A stretch of 64,000 nucleotides of DNA from Lama guanicoe (GCA_013239625.1 MU053881.1:16608373-16672372), one strand, 5' to 3'. Positions 11,361 to 25,363 are shown, counted from the stretch's first letter. A program made the numbers and translations. Notes: a model not told the origin generated them from the sequence alone.

Positions 11361-14057
11361 TTAAAAAACTAATATGTAATAAAAAGATAAATAAAAACTT
11401 AATTACCTCCTTCCCCCTCAAAAAAAGAAGAAAAAGTTAGTGTGTAATAAGAAACATTAGTTTAATAAGTGGACAATTCTGTGCCCTTCCAGTGGATTTT
11501 CTATGCTAGCCTTCAGCCAAAAGGAGGAGAGAGAGCCCTTTGCGAGGACTGGCAGCTTAACGACTTTTGAGATAGTGGTCTGCAATGAATATTGTTCCTT
11601 TGTACTAAAGACAAAAGGACAGAGTTTCCACTCCAAGAGCCAAAAAAAGACCCAAGACAAGATGCAGCCATTGTTCAACCGTAAACATACTTTTTAAAGG
11701 ACACAGGGATCCTGGTCTAAGAGAACATCGTGGTAGACCAGAACTCCAATTCCTTTCCGTTTCCAGATCCTGGGATAAGAGCCCTATGGCTTCTCTTCCC
11801 GAGGGAGATCAGAGAAGACAAGGTTATGAAGAGGCCGTGAGTGTGTTGGAAAGGGCGCAGCCCTGCATTCAGAAGAGCTTGGTGTAAATCCAGCTCGCCT
11901 CTCCACAGAGGGGGTGAGCTTGGGGAGCTGGACTCAGCCTTCCTCATCTGTCAAGTGGAGACACTGTCATCTGTCTCTTGGCACTGTTATGAGAATCCAC
12001 AGCAGAGTTCCCAGCTAAAGGTAGTAAAAACAGTAGTACTTGTTGGTCTGTTTCTTTTATTATTATTATTATTATTACTAACTGTGGTTTGAAAGACGTA
12101 CACAATTTGCCATCTCAACCACTTTTAAGTGTGCAGTAGTGCTAAGTATACTCACGTTGTTGTGCAACAGCTCTCTAGAACTTTTTCACCTTGTAAAACT
12201 GAAACTTTGTACCCCTGGAACAACAGCTCCCCGATTCCCCTCCCCCGGCCCGTAGTAGCAGGTTTTGTTATTACAGATTCAGGTGGTTATTATTAAAGCT
12301 ATGGCTGCTGTGATTGTGATGGCTTTGCACTTGGAGAGCGGAGCAGGTATCTCCTAGTTCTGCTCCCCAGGAACATGCCGAGAGGAAACTCTTATCTGTA
12401 TTAAATGAGCTATTACATGAGTCCTTGTTACAGGAGTCTTGTCCTAAAGGAAATTGGTGTTGGGTTGAGGAAGACAGGAGGCCCAGCCCTGCCATTGTGG
12501 TCGTATGATCTCGGGAGAGAAAGGGGCTCAAATGTACTGAGCGCCTTGAACAGACCAAGTCCATTATCAGCCACCTTTCAGGAAAATGGTGGTGGGGTCC
12601 GAAACCAAGATGTTACCTGTATTTTTAATCCAGAGGCTTGGCTAATCCAGGGGACTTTACACTTGAGGGGACCAGAGGCCCTTGTCCTTCTGTGGCCCTG
12701 CAGGACTCTGTCAGGAGCTTGTCGCCACTTTGACAGTAGCTATTTTTGTAGCTGACAATGAGACTTACTGGAAAGGGCTTGGCATCGTGTGTAGAAAGTC
12801 CTGCACTTACGTGTGAGGAATTGGGGTGTGTGAGCCCTGGCCTGTGGGCAGCTCTTTAGGCCCTCGACCGAGACTTCCCACAGAGCAGATCACTTCCGGC
12901 CCAGGTAAAACTCCAGGCATCCTCAGCCTCCTCAGGACACCTGTTGGAAGCCACAGAGCCATCATCCTCTCTCCTGTATCGTGGTCCTCTGACCTTCAAG
13001 TCTTATCCCAGCCGGCCCAGTCGCGTCCCCTGCCTGGTCATCCCAAGAAAGCGGTACCCTACAGGGGGAGAGAATCCTCCCCTTTTCCATTTTCCATTCC
13101 ACTTTCTTGAGTTGTATGCGTTTCTCAGTTGCCAGCCGCTCCCCACTGCCCCGAAGCATTGATGGGGCCAAGGAAGATGGTTCGTTTGACGGAGGAAGAG
13201 ACGGGAAACTGCTTTTCAGCCGGGGGACCCCCTTCAGACATAGAACACCTCCTGCCCTTTGCAGCTCTCTGTCTGTCTCCCAGGCTCGTGTCCCAGCTCC
13301 AAAGAAGACCCCATGGGTGGTATTTTTTGGTATTGTCTTCAGGGCATTTGTCACAATCCCAGCAACTCTTTTTCTCTATTTCTGACTGCCTCTCTCACAC
13401 TCCCGCCAATCCCTCTGAACCCCGATTTTGCACATATCTTGCTGTTGCTGCACCCCAATTCCTGAAGCAGTGCCACGTGTATTCCCTGAACTAAAAATCT
13501 TGTTTGGAAGTGTGGCTGAGCAAACAAGCAGGCACTTGCATCAGTCATGGGCTGGGTCGCCTCCCCACAAAGCAGACTGAAGGTCCCTTGTGCCCTGGCA
13601 TTGTCTTAGGGGATGCAGGGACCCCAGACAGATGGAAAGGTTTGCAAGGAATCTCTAAGGGCTGAAGTCAGGCAGTGAGACTGGGGAAGCTACCCTCGCC
13701 TGGCCTTCACGGAGGGCCTGTGGTGGCCTTTCATGAAACTTGATCTAGAAAATTCCTCCCACTTGTATTGGTTAAATGACAAGAGAGCCCGTTCATGCCA
13801 AATCACCTCCCTCTGATTGCTTGAGAGGCTGGGGTTACTCTGTCCAAGCCCTGGGGCCTGGGCCCTCTTTCCTACTGTTGGTCACTTGTAACTTTCTCCT
13901 GGGAACCTCGGAGAACTGTACAAGGTAGATTTTCACGAACCAGATGCCCTCAAATGCACTTGTGTTTCCAGAAACAGGAGATGCTGCCTGCAGCCAATTC
14001 TACTTTGAATCAGATTTAATTCAACACACTTTTACTGTCACTCACAGTGTTCTAGAG

Positions 14058-14276
14058 CAGGGGACGGCAAACTTTCTCTAAGGGGCCAGATAGTAAATAT
14101 TTTGGCTTTCAGGGCCATACAGTATCTGTTGCAATGACTCAAGCCTGCCATGACAGCCCAAAAGCAGCCACAGACTGGATGTCAGCGATATGTGTGGCTG
14201 TGTACCAATAAAGCTTTATTTACAAAAGCAGTTGAAGGGCTGTATTTAGCCCTCAGGCTATAGTTTGCCACATCAG
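14058..14276. mobile_element. MER58A-like hAT-Charlie DNA transposon
   Basis: Termini caggggacggcaaac...gtttgccacatcag, internal ccaataaagctttattt, and hAT-type 8-bp TSD ttctagag / atctaggg. Confidence 0.78.
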
Positions 14277-14942
14277 ATCTAGGGCCTCAGCTGGGCACAG
14301 GAAAGGCAGTGTTGAGCCAAACAATTATTTTCTCTGTCCTCCCAGAGGTCCAGCTGAATTCATTTTTTCACTAGGGCTGAACAGTTTCTGATTCCTGGGT
14401 AACTTGTTCTCTGTCTTTCTCTGGGGTGCAAGCTGTGTTACTTGGAAGAATAAAGACTATATGCCACAGTGTTTGCAGCATCGTGAAACCAGAGGTCCCC
14501 TCGTTTCCCCGTAGGTTTTAGAATCAATGTAGTGAAAGGAAATTATGTGAAGTAAGAACAGCTCCTTCTGTGACTCTAAAGATGGTGTCAAGGTCATTCC
14601 GTTTCTTCGATCCCTCACCCTCTGTATTTGGGGCCTTCTCTCCCATCTTGGCTCGAGGCTGACAAATACGTAGGTTGAAAATAATTTTTTTAACCATAAA
14701 ATGAGAAATCCATCATTTTCCTGAAAATCACTCATGTAGCCAGTTTTAGACATTGCTAGCACTCTGTATAGTATTACCTAATGAAAGTGGGAAGACTGTT
14801 TGAAATTTCACCCTCCCTGTGTGCCTGTCATTAACAGAATGAGCAAATGTTCTTTCCTATCAGCCTAACAGATGCAAAAGCGCTGTTTGGGAGTCCGAGA
14901 GACTGCAGGCTAGTTCTTTGTTTTACTCCAATTTGCCTACTT

Positions 14943-15975
14943 ATTTATTAAATTGTGGTAAAACTGACATAACTTCAAATTCACCGCCTTAGCCATTTTC
15001 AAGTACACAGTTCAGGGGCATTAAGCGCATTCACACTGTTATGTAGCCATCCTCACCATCCGCCTCCAGAACTCTTTTCATCTTGCAAAGCTGGAACTCC
15101 GTCCCCATTAAACCCTCCCTCCCCATCCCCCTCCCCTGCCCCTGGCAACCACCCCTCTCCTTTCTGGTGGTGATTCCTCTAGGGACTTCATATAAATGGA
15201 ACCATGCGGTATCTGTCCTTTTGTGACCAGCTTGTTTCACTTAACACAATGCCCTCCAGGCTCATCCACGCTGTGGCATGTGTCAGAATTTCCTCCCTTT
15301 TTAAGGCTGGATAATATTCCATCGTGTATATGTGTATACACTGTGCACACTGGATCCATATTGTGTAGATGCATGTATGCCATGTTTTGTTACCCATGCT
15401 TCCCTTGGTGAAATTTATTATACATTTACATTCACGAAAAGAATTTCATTAAAAGTAGCAAAGTTTTACAATTGAAGCCGCTATTCCCAGTTGTTTCTTT
15501 TTAGAAATCGTTCTGTTTCTATTGAGGTGAAATTCACGTAGCATAAAATTAGCCATTGAAAGTGTATGATTCAGTGGCATTTAGTGCTTTCATGATGTTG
15601 TGCAACCATCACCCTTTCTAGTTCCAGAATATTTCCATCACCCCAAAATGAGACTCCATCCCACTTCCCCTCCGCCACCCCCGACAACCACTAATCCACT
15701 TTCTGTCTCTGTGGATTTGCCTGTTCTGGACATTTCATGTATGTGAAATCATACAACACGTGGCATTTCGAGGCTGGCTTCTCTCTCTCAGTGTGATGTT
15801 TCTGAGGTTCATCCACACTGTGAGTGTCAGGGCTTCGTTCCTTTTTATGTCTGAATAATATCCCGTTGCCTGATGGACCGCATTTTATTGGTTTATTTTT
15901 TCGTTCTTGGATGGACACGTGGATTCATTCTACTTTGTGGCTATTATTAATAGTGCTTTAATGAACATCCTAATT
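14943..15975 (-). mobile_element. Two tandem L1MB-like 3' ends (about 14943-15400 and 15515-15975)
   Basis: Each has the pattern attttcaagtacacagttcag...caaccacc...catataaatggaa...aatattcc. Confidence 0.75.
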
Positions 15976-18900
15976 GTTTCTTAAACAAGCAACAACAGCA
16001 ACAACAATAATAAAAATAATTGCCCCAACTTTGCTTCCAGGCAAAAATCCCCTCCCACTCAAAAAGTCACCCCTGAGATGCACACTTACACTTGAGAAAG
16101 GTACAAGGTCACCTGCACTGAGGCTCTCCATGTGCACTTTCATTGGGAACTGAATCTCCCTGTGCAGAAGTCAGCTTCTGACATCGGGACTGTCCCCAAA
16201 CACTGCGGTCCCCCCCACCTCCTAGAGACCAGCAGAATTAAGCAGAACAAGTGGGCTTGCTCCTTTGGAGTTCCACTGTCTCTCTCTTAATAATGACCAC
16301 CATTCCTTCATTGAGCACCTACTGTGTGCCAGGCATAGGGCAAGCCCCATCCATCAGACAGCAGCTGCCAAGATAGCTGCTAATGACCCCTTTTTACAGT
16401 AGAGGAAACGGGGGCCCGGGAGTCACAGGTTGAATGTGGTGAACTCAGAAGCTCAGCTCAGACCTATCTGGTGCCTTTTGTTGCCAGGGCCGCCTCTCCA
16501 AGTCACCAGGAGCCCAGATCCTGGTGGCAGGGCAAAGCTGGGCTCCTGCAGTGAATGGCACAGATGCAGGCAGAAGGTTGGTGGGAACCAGCCGTGCTTG
16601 GTGGAACAGCCGCCAACTTTTGAGATGAGAAACCCTTCCTTCAACAAACCTCTGTGTGACTCAAAATGAGCCGACGAGCCCCCGGCAAGCTGGCCTAAGT
16701 CACCCTGGGCTGCGTGGAGGAAATGAGACATCAGGATGTGTTTGAGGTTTGGGGTTCAACGGAAACACACCGGGAATGTGGAGAATTCTACTCCAAAGAG
16801 CTGGGATTGGCGCCTTTGGGCATATTTGAAAGCCAACTGAAGAATGGGGCTGGCTGGATTCCTAATTCCTGGTTTTCCTCTTCACTGTGAAACATCATAG
16901 AACCCCTGAGGCAGCAGACAGTAGAGGGGTTGGCCTAGGAGCGTGTCTTTTGGTCTTGGGACTGTCCCCAAAGGGCCAACTCTCGGTCAAGGTTGAAATC
17001 AAGGGTGATCGAGGCTGAGAGCAAGCAGGATGCCCTGGAGAAGGCAGGTCGGCTGCCTCTCGAACGGTGTCTGGACTTTGGCGGGGGCAGAACTATTTCC
17101 TGAATGACTGTGACAATTTAGAGCCGCGTGTCTCAAAGTGTAGCAGATCCGGTCCCTGGGGCGCTGCACACAGGTCAGCTTCTGGGTCCTGCCCTAGGCT
17201 TCCCAGATGAGATTCCACCTCCCCCGGAGGACTGAGCGCCCATGGTGTGTGTGTGTGTCAGAGGGAACTCGAGTCTCTGATTTACTTTTCTGACCAAGCC
17301 AGGGGAAGCACTGGCTCACAGAGATCGGGCAGTTGCCCAGGGCCATGGCCAGGAGGCAAGCATCAGAGCTGGGGTGACCTGGGCCTCCAGACTCCAAGTC
17401 CTGTCTGCACTGCACTCTGCATACAACTCCCCATCATCCTGGTCTCTCTTGGAGTTGATCAGAAATCTGGTTATCAGATTGATAACCTTCAGATTGATCA
17501 GAAGGCCTGAATGTGGGGTTTGGTTGCGTATGCTGACCCAGGAACAGAGCCACTCTGCCAGCTCCTGGTACATACCCCTTCTCAACCGGGCCCCCCACTC
17601 CTGTGGCACCCCTTGCTGCTGGCTGCTCAGGCCCCATCTGATGGGGCTGCCAGTACCCAGCTCCTGCCCCAGTGAGGTCAGTCCTGCATGGTGGGCAGCG
17701 GGGGTTTTGCTGGGGGAGTCAGGGCAGCTTCCCAGAGGAGGTGACACTTGAGGTAAGTCTTGAAGGATGGACTTGGATTTCCCGTGGATACACAGGAAGG
17801 GCTTTTGGGCATAAGGAACAGCCTTTGCAAGGATATGGGGTTGGGAAGGCACAAGGGTGAGTTGGAGCGGGAGCAGGGGGAAGTGGAGGAACTCGGAGAT
17901 TGGGATGAAAGGCAGAAGTGCGGGGAAGAGGCTCAGAGGAGGGAGATGGCTATCCGTGAAGGGCCAGGATGCCGAGGAAAGGAGTTTCCAGCATGTTCTA
18001 AACCAGCGAGGGAAGGCCATGTCTGGACAGCTGGGGCAGGCTCCCAGAAACAGACCCCTAGTGGACCTCCTTAGAGCCATGAGGAGCTTCCCTTGGGGGC
18101 TCGAGAGTCACCCACGTGGGTCAGGGCAGGCTCCCACTCTGGAGGCCACGACCCCGTGGGAACAACGGGAAATCCCCAAGGGACCCCTGGAGACCTCACA
18201 GACACCCTCAATCTGCAGGGACGTCCCAGGTGCATTCAAGCCCCGTCTCCCCCCCACCCTTGGGGTCAGGCCCCCGAGCAGATCTCCCGTCTCCAGGATT
18301 TGTTGTTTCCAGCTTGGAGCAGGGCCTTCTGTCCTATTCATACTTAATTTCCACATCTTTCTGAGCTTGCCAAATTTCTCTCCATCTGGGGTTTCTCATT
18401 TCATTCCATTGTGGTAGGAGTGTGTCCTCGATATTGTCTCAAGCCTCCTCAGTTTGTTGAGGCTGGTGGTGGCCCATCCTGGGGAATGTTCCCCATGTAC
18501 TCTGCCGCTGTTCGGTGGAATGTCCTAGATGTGACTGTTCAGTTTAGTTGGTTTGCAGCCTCCTTGTATTTTAAAAAAAGGAGAGGGGAGCAGAAATAAA
18601 AAGGCTTGTCAATAGAATGTCCTGGTCACGTTGCTCTTGGTTAAAATGAGCAGGTCCTGGCAAGCAGGTGGAACTCAGCTGGCCTGCCCTGCTCCCATGG
18701 CTCAGAGGGGACAAGGGACCCTAGAGGCCTGGTTGGCCTGTCCCACTGAGTGGCCTCTGCTGCTTTGGAGCCAGGGCGGGTGGCATCGGCCCAGCTTAGG
18801 GTGGAGGGCCTCCCAGTCTGGTCTCCAGGCCCATGTGTCCCCTCCAGAGAAGGCTGTCCCAGGCCGCCCAGGTCTGGTGGGGCCAGGGCTGGCTGCACAC

Positions 18901-19294
18901 AGAGCACCCTGTAGTCTGAGTGGGTGGGCGGGCGTGCCGGGTGTGAGCGGCACCTCGACCGCAGGCCTGTCCAGCTCCCAGTGATGCTCTGCCTTCCTGC
19001 ACAGCCCGGGCTGCTGCAAAACCTTGATTTCCGGGCGGCCTCGAAGCCGGGCCGCTGGCAAGTCTCCCCTCCCCTCTGTTGGTTGCCCCCATTTCACAGA
19101 GGAGGAAACCGAGGCCCAGAGTGTGACTGGTTCATGCTGACGGTGGTGAGCTGGTGTAGAAGTGAGATCCGAACACTGAGATATTTGCAGATACTTGGCC
19201 TGGATGAGCTGCTCAGAAAAGAAAAATGCTTCTGAGTTTCTGAGAGGCATAAAGTTTTTTTGTTTTTGTTTTTGTTTTTGTTTTTTTAAAGTCC

Positions 19295-19865
19295 AGGGAT
19301 CTGGCCATTCGGCTTCTGTGTAGATCCCCAGAACTGTAATCAGGGTCTCAAAGCCATGTTTGTATTCCTGTGTTCATGGAGGCCTTACCTACCACAGCCA
19401 AAAGTGGAAGCAACCCAACTGCCAATCAGCGGATGAATAGAGAAACAATTGTGGTCCATCAATGTGATGGAATATTACTCAGCCTTAAAAAGGAAGGAAA
19501 TTCTGACGCAGGTGACCACTTGGATGACCCTGGAAGACACGATGCTGAGTGAAATGAGCCAGTTACCAAAGGACAAATACTGTGTGACTCCACTTACGTG
19601 AGATCCCTGAAGTTGTCAGATCCACAGAGACAGAAACTAGCATGCTGGGTGCCAGGGCCTGGGGGAGGGGCATGGGGGGTTAGTGTTTCATGGGGACTGA
19701 CTTTCAGTTTGAGAAGATAAACAAGTTCCGGAGATGGACGGTGGTGATGACCGCACAGCAGTGTGAATGTACTTAATGCCACAGAGCTGTATGCACACTT
19801 CATCATGGTTAGAATGGTTAATTTTATGTTAGGTGTATTTGACTGCAATGAAAAAAGAAAGAAAG
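19295..19865 (+). mobile_element. L1MB-like 3' end
   Basis: gatggaatattactcagccttaaaaaggaagg...gtgtgaatgtacttaatgccac...aattttatgttagg. Confidence 0.8.
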
Positions 19866-21846
19866 GACACAAGAAGTGGAAGGGAAGAGACTAGGGTAAT
19901 GGGGGAGACAGAGGCTAGACAAAGGGCCCAGGCCGGGAGCCGTGTCTTGGCAGGGACCCTGTCCTCATCCTCCCCGGACTGTGTCCCCTCTAGAACCGTG
20001 AGGTTGCCTCCCTTGGTTGGTCCCAGCCTGGGCCTGGCCTCTGGCCCCAGGGAGCCCCCAGGAAGAACCAGCCAGGGACCAGCCCCACCTTCAGGAATCT
20101 GGGGTGAAAAATGCTTACAGAACCAAGAGAAGGGCAGAGAAGGGTGTCAGGGCTCAGAGGGGAGAGGGGGACCTCCAGGCGTGGGTCATGGCAGGGGAAC
20201 CATGTTATAGGGCTGGAGGAACAGGGTACGAAGCTGATGGTCACCCCTGCTTTAATCCTTCTGTGGCTCCCACTGCCCTTCAGTCCTGCAGCCCCGGCTC
20301 ACCGCTGCTTCCTCCCGTGCCTTCCAGCCAGATCCGCCTGCCTTCTTTCTTCTGGAAGCCCCACATGTCGGCATCTCCCCTCACCTCACCCCCTCCCAGG
20401 TGGGTCAATCCATGAGCCCCAACCTTGGAGGAGGATAGGTGGGGATCCTGTGAGGCTGGGAGAATCAGCTGTGCCCTCCCAGAAGGCCCAGGTGCAGTCT
20501 TGGGATTTGGGGAGGAGAGAGGCAGTGGGGAGGCACAGACCCTTCCAGGACAGGATGGTTGCTGGGTCTCAGCCTTGGGGAGTCTGGGTGAGGATCTGGG
20601 AGCAGAACTCTAAGGAATTCTGACATTTCCTGCTGTGTGACCTTGGGCAGGTTCCTCCCCTCTTTGCTTACCTTCCTGGCACATGGAAGATTTCATCTGT
20701 CCCCCACCCCCAGTTCCACATGCTTGGGTAACGTTTGCCCCAACGTGCAGCCTGGCCCGGAGGAGCCCAAACATTTGAAAGAAGTCGCTGAGTATGTGCC
20801 CAGCAGGAGGAGAGCACTGAGTCTTCCAACCCAGGGGGTGAGTGAGGTCAGCTGAAGGGTCAGGACCCTGAAGGACAAGGAGCAGCTGGTCAGCTGCCTG
20901 AACAACAAGTGCAAAGACCCTGAGGCAGCCTAGAGGGCATGTTTGTTTATTCCTAGAGCCACAAATGGCCATAAATGTAACTGTGCCCCACCCTCCCTCT
21001 CTCCCCCCCAAAAAAGAAGAATAATAATTAAAATTGGTGGAGGATAGGGCACTGAGATTTGCCTCGATGCTCTGCCTCCCTCATGAACGGGAGTGAACCT
21101 GGCCTTCTGGGCGTGCACAGCTAAGGGAAAACCCCTACCTTCAAAGTGGGAGTCCCAGCACCAGTGTATGACTCTGGGAAACACCTCTGGGCCTCAGTTT
21201 CCTCTTCTACAGGATGGGGAGATGACGCCTCTGAGAGGCTTTCCCCAGGCACAGCGTGGGAAACAGAGGTGCGGGGAATTGAGATTCCAGCGCCAGCTTC
21301 TTTTACCCTCTGTCTGGTGAGGGCCAGCAAGGCCCCAGCCCCTTGTCTGGTAGCCTCCTGCCCTCCTCTGAAGATCTGGTTTCTGGCTTTGAGACCACAG
21401 AGATTCCCCCAGTATAGCTTGGTTTGGCTGCTACCAGTGGCTATGGGAATAATGCAGAAAATGGCACTTCAGGGGGACAGCAGGTGCAAAGGCCCTGAGG
21501 CAGGACTGAAAGATAGCATGTTTGGTGGACAGTAAGGAGGCCAGTGTGGCTGAATGAGCACATAGGCATGAAGGAGAGGTGCAGGAGTAGGTGGGACCTC
21601 ATAGACCACAATGAAGTCTTTGGATTTATTCTAGAATGATTAGCAACCTGCTAGAGGACACCATTTGATTTTACTGGGTAGACGAAATTGTCCACAATAT
21701 GTGCACCATGCAGAGGTCCAATGCCCTAGTTATTTTCAGAAGGGGAAACTGAGGGTCAGAGAGACCCAGTCACTGTCTACTGCAGAGACATCCTGGTGGA
21801 GAAAAATTTTCATTTCAGGCAGACCCAGGTTCAAAGCTCAGCTCCA

Positions 21847-21978
21847 GGGGGGAGGGTATAGCTCAGTGGTAGAGCACATGCTTAGCATGCATGAGATCCT
21901 GGGTTCAGTCCCCAGTAACTCCATTTTAAAAAATTAATAAAATTTAAAATAAGTAAGTTAAATTATTAAAAAAAAACC
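21847..21978 (+). mobile_element. tRNA-Ala(AGC)-derived SINE (Vic-1-like), inserted in a MIR
   Basis: A box TAGCTCAGTGG, anticodon arm CATGC-TTAGCAT-GCATG, B-box-like GGTTCAGTCC and A-rich tail. Perfect 15-bp TSD caaagctcagctcca at 21832-21846 and 21979-21993. Confidence 0.88.
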
Positions 21979-22134
21979 CAAAGCTCAGCTCCATTATGTG
22001 GACAGTGGCCTTGCCTCCCTAAGCCTCCATTTGCCCACCTGTGAAATGGACACAAATGCCTAGAAAAATATCCATCACAGGATGTGACTCACAGAAATTT
22101 CACTCTCTGCCTCCTGATTATGGAGATTCCCATC

Positions 22135-22728
22135 TTTTTTTTTTAATCATGGTAAGATGTACAAAACATAAAATTTACCATTTTAACCATTTTTAAGTAT
22201 TCAATTTGGTGCTGTTAATTATATTCATACTGTTATGCAACCACATCACGATCTCTTTCCAAAATTTTTTCATCCCTGCAAACAGAACCCCTGTCCCCAT
22301 TAAACCCTAACTCCCCGGTCCTCCTCCCCCAGCCCTTGGCACCCACCTTTCTACTTCCTGTCTTTATGGATTTACCTGCTCGAGGACCTCACATAAGTGG
22401 AACCACACAGTATATGATCTTTTGTGCCTGGCGTCTTTTACTCAGGGTAATGTTTTCGAGGTTCATCCACGTTGTGGCTGTGTCAGTGCTTCATGGCTCT
22501 ATATCAAGTGATGTTCCATTACACAGACGGGACACTGTTTATCCACTCACCTGTTGATGGCTATGCTGTTTCCATCTCCTGGTGGTTGTGGATCCCACTG
22601 CTGTGAGCACCAGTGTACCAGCATCTGTCTGAGTCCTTGCCTTTTAATTCTTTGCGGTCTACACCTAGGAGTGGGATGGCTGAGTCACATGACAACTAGA
22701 TGTTTAGCTTTTTTTTTTGGAGAACTGC
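22135..22728 (-). mobile_element. L1MB-like 3' end
   Basis: aacataaaatttaccattttaaccatttttaagt...cacctaggagtgggatggctgagtcacatg. Confidence 0.75.
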
Positions 22729-23771
22729 TCTTCCCCCAGACCTCATTTTGCTTCTTACTACAACATCTCAGGCAACTCCATTCACCCAGACAGGCTCCCC
22801 CTACGCCCCCCAACACCTGTGTTTCCTGACCCAGTTCCTCCCTACCCCAGATTTTCCTAGAAAATGAGCCTTCCGTGTTATTCAGATGGAAGCCTGGAAG
22901 GGATTCACTGCGGCTTCCAGGAATCCCCAGACTGGGTGCGTGGAAGAAAACAGGTGACTTAATGCATTTTAGCTTGTAGATGTTTCCAGGTGTGGGTAAC
23001 AGCTGTGATGTCAAGATCAGGTCAACCTGGGTTCGAGCCCTGCCTACTACTTACACATGCACCGGGCAAGGGGCCAGCCTTCCCCTCTCTGTGCCCACTT
23101 TCCACATTTGGAAAACGGGGGCGGCTATCCCCTCCCACCAACACACACCCCAGCTTGGTGGGAAGGTTGAAAGAGAATTTGTGTTATGTACCGAGAACGA
23201 AAGCTCCTGCCCCAGCCTGGAGATCAGCTCAAGTTTGCACTGGGTTAGTCATTCAACAAACATTTGTTGATACCGGCTCTGGGTGAGGAGGCGAGGCTGA
23301 GTCACTTCTGACTCACTTCTGCTTACCCAGGACTTAGCTCAAGGCTGAGGCATCACGAGCATCTGCTGAAATGAATGAATCGGGGAAGGAGAGAGCTTGA
23401 GAGAGAAAGAGAGAGAGAGAATGAGACAGAGGTGGAGAAAGGGAAAGGAGAGAGGTTGAGAGAGAGAAAGATTATCTGTCATCTATCCATCAGACGTATC
23501 ACCTGTCTATCCATCCATCCATCCAGCCATCCATCTATTTAGACAGAGACACAGAGAGAGACAGTGGGGGTTGCAAGACTTGAAATCCAGGCACACCAAC
23601 TTCACAGGGGAGACTCAGCACGTAGGCCACACCCCAGTGCTGGGCACTTAATCTCCATCCTGTCATTCCATCCCCGCAGCAGCATCCTCACTCCCCCGAT
23701 GAGGACGCAGACCCGCACAGTGGCCCTGAGGGCTTCCCTGGGGAAGAACGGTTCTGCCCAAGCACTTGTGC

Positions 23772-23972
23772 CCACGGTGGGTGATTCTGTGTCCTCCCCC
23801 TCCAGGGGACGCTTGGAGACCTTTTGATTGTCAACGGCCTCAGGACTGCAGGGCTGGGGGTGCTGCTGGCATCTACTGAGTTGAGACCAGGACTGCTGCT
23901 GAACGTCCTGTAACTCGCAGGACAGTCACCCAATTTAAAGAATGCTCTGGCCTCAAATATCAGAGAAACCCT
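23772..23972 (+). mobile_element. MER20-like hAT transposon
   Basis: tgctgctggcatctac...ccaggactgctgctgaacgtcctg...tcaaatatcagagaaaccct. Confidence 0.65.
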
Positions 23973-24205
23973 ATGTGAATTATTTGGAAAAAACTTTGAT
24001 TTAAGTTCCCAGCTCACACAATACACCAGAATAAAATCCCAGTGGGTTAGATGGTACAAACCAGGCTGTTCCTGCCACATCTGTGAGTACCTCTTCTTTC
24101 CCTCACTCTCGGTTTCTGTATTTCAATGTGCAGCATCTAGGACCTCAGTAGGTCAGATAATTACAGATGCAAAGTGTCTTAGGTGTCCATGGATCCCCCC
24201 CAACC

Positions 24206-24285
24206 CAGTGGTTCTCAATCTGGGGGGTGATCCTGTCCCCAGGGGACACTGGGCAATGTCAGGAGACAGTTTTGTTTGTCACACA
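24206..24285 (+). mobile_element. MER20-like 5' fragment
   Basis: cagtggttctcaatctggggggtgatcctgtccccaggggacactgggcaatgtcaggagacagttttgtttgtcac. Confidence 0.7.
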
Positions 24286-25187
24286 TCAGCTCAGCATGGG
24301 TCCAGGCCACCAGAGCCACCCTGTGCTGGTGATTTGGTGACCCATCTCTAGCCTAGTGCCTTGGAACTTGCCCAGGGTGTGGCCGAGCCTGGGTGCTAGC
24401 TCAGCTTTGCTGATGGGGCAAGGTGCTGAGTCAGGCATGTGCTGGGACTCACCTGACCCTCTGAAGGCTCTCCCTACTCCCACTTCACACCACCACATTA
24501 TGCAGGATGCCTGGGGCTCCCTGACGTGCAGGAAACTCCTGGTAGAAAAACAGCTCCTGTATCTTTTCCCCCATCACTGGAGTCACTCTTGGGAGAGCAT
24601 TTTGGCAATGCTGAAACAGCCCTCTGAAACCATCATCCTTTCCAACCCTGGGGGACAATCTGAAATACAGCCCCATGTGTACATATGTATGCTTAGAGCT
24701 TATTTGCATAAGCAACTTGTGGTACGGCTAAATGGAATATTATGCAGCCATTTAAAAGGGTAAAACATCACAGAGGAAACATGGGAAAATGGTTATAACT
24801 TTGGCTGGAAAAAAAAGAAGATATATGGATAAACAGCCATGTGAAAGCCATTCAAATGCTGACCAGCCATCCCTCCCTCCAGAAAACACTTGATTGGAAC
24901 TGGGTTGCAGAATGCAAGGTTTTTTGTTGTTGTTGGTGGTGGTGGTGGTGGGGTTTTTTTTGATTTGATATTCAACATTTTCTTAAGTGGACACCAGGAA
25001 GAGAAAGTGCTGTGTGTCTGCACAGGGATGGAGACAGGGCCAAGCAGTGAGGTTTTAGTCACACTTTTCTCTGCGTGGCATCCTGCCATCTTGCTTCTTG
25101 GGACGGACCCCCACCCCTCATTCCTTGCTGATAAAAGCGATCAACGCTTATGATCGTTTAGGAATCTGAGCAGGTGTTTAAGCTGTG

Positions 25188-25363
25188 GCAGTAATGACAC
25201 TGGGACAGAATGGTTCTCTGTGGAGGTGGGGGCTGCCCTGTGCCTTCTACGATGTTTCAGCAGCATCCCTGGCTCCTGCCCACTAGATGCCAGCAGCACC
25301 CCTCCCCCAAATTGTGACAACCCAAAGTATCTTGACACTGGGTTGCGCCTGGTTGAGAACCAC
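25188..25363 (-). mobile_element. MER20-like hAT transposon
   Basis: cagcagcatccctggctcctgcccactagatgccagcagcacc...ttgtgacaacc...tggttgagaaccac. Confidence 0.75.

Noticed and set aside
17316..18417. 254-aa and 186-aa ORFs
   Set aside because: No recognisable domain; they overlap L2-like decayed sequence, and I found no coherent exon structure.
21850..21923. Apparent tRNA-Ala gene (also at 40880, 45460, 49285, 62472)
   Set aside because: A-rich tails, TSDs, multiple diverged copies and an imperfect acceptor stem indicate SINEs.
14943..22728. Oppositely oriented L1MB copies between the convergent genes as a dsRNA source
   Set aside because: The copies are old and visibly diverged, and there is no evidence that the interval is transcribed as one RNA.
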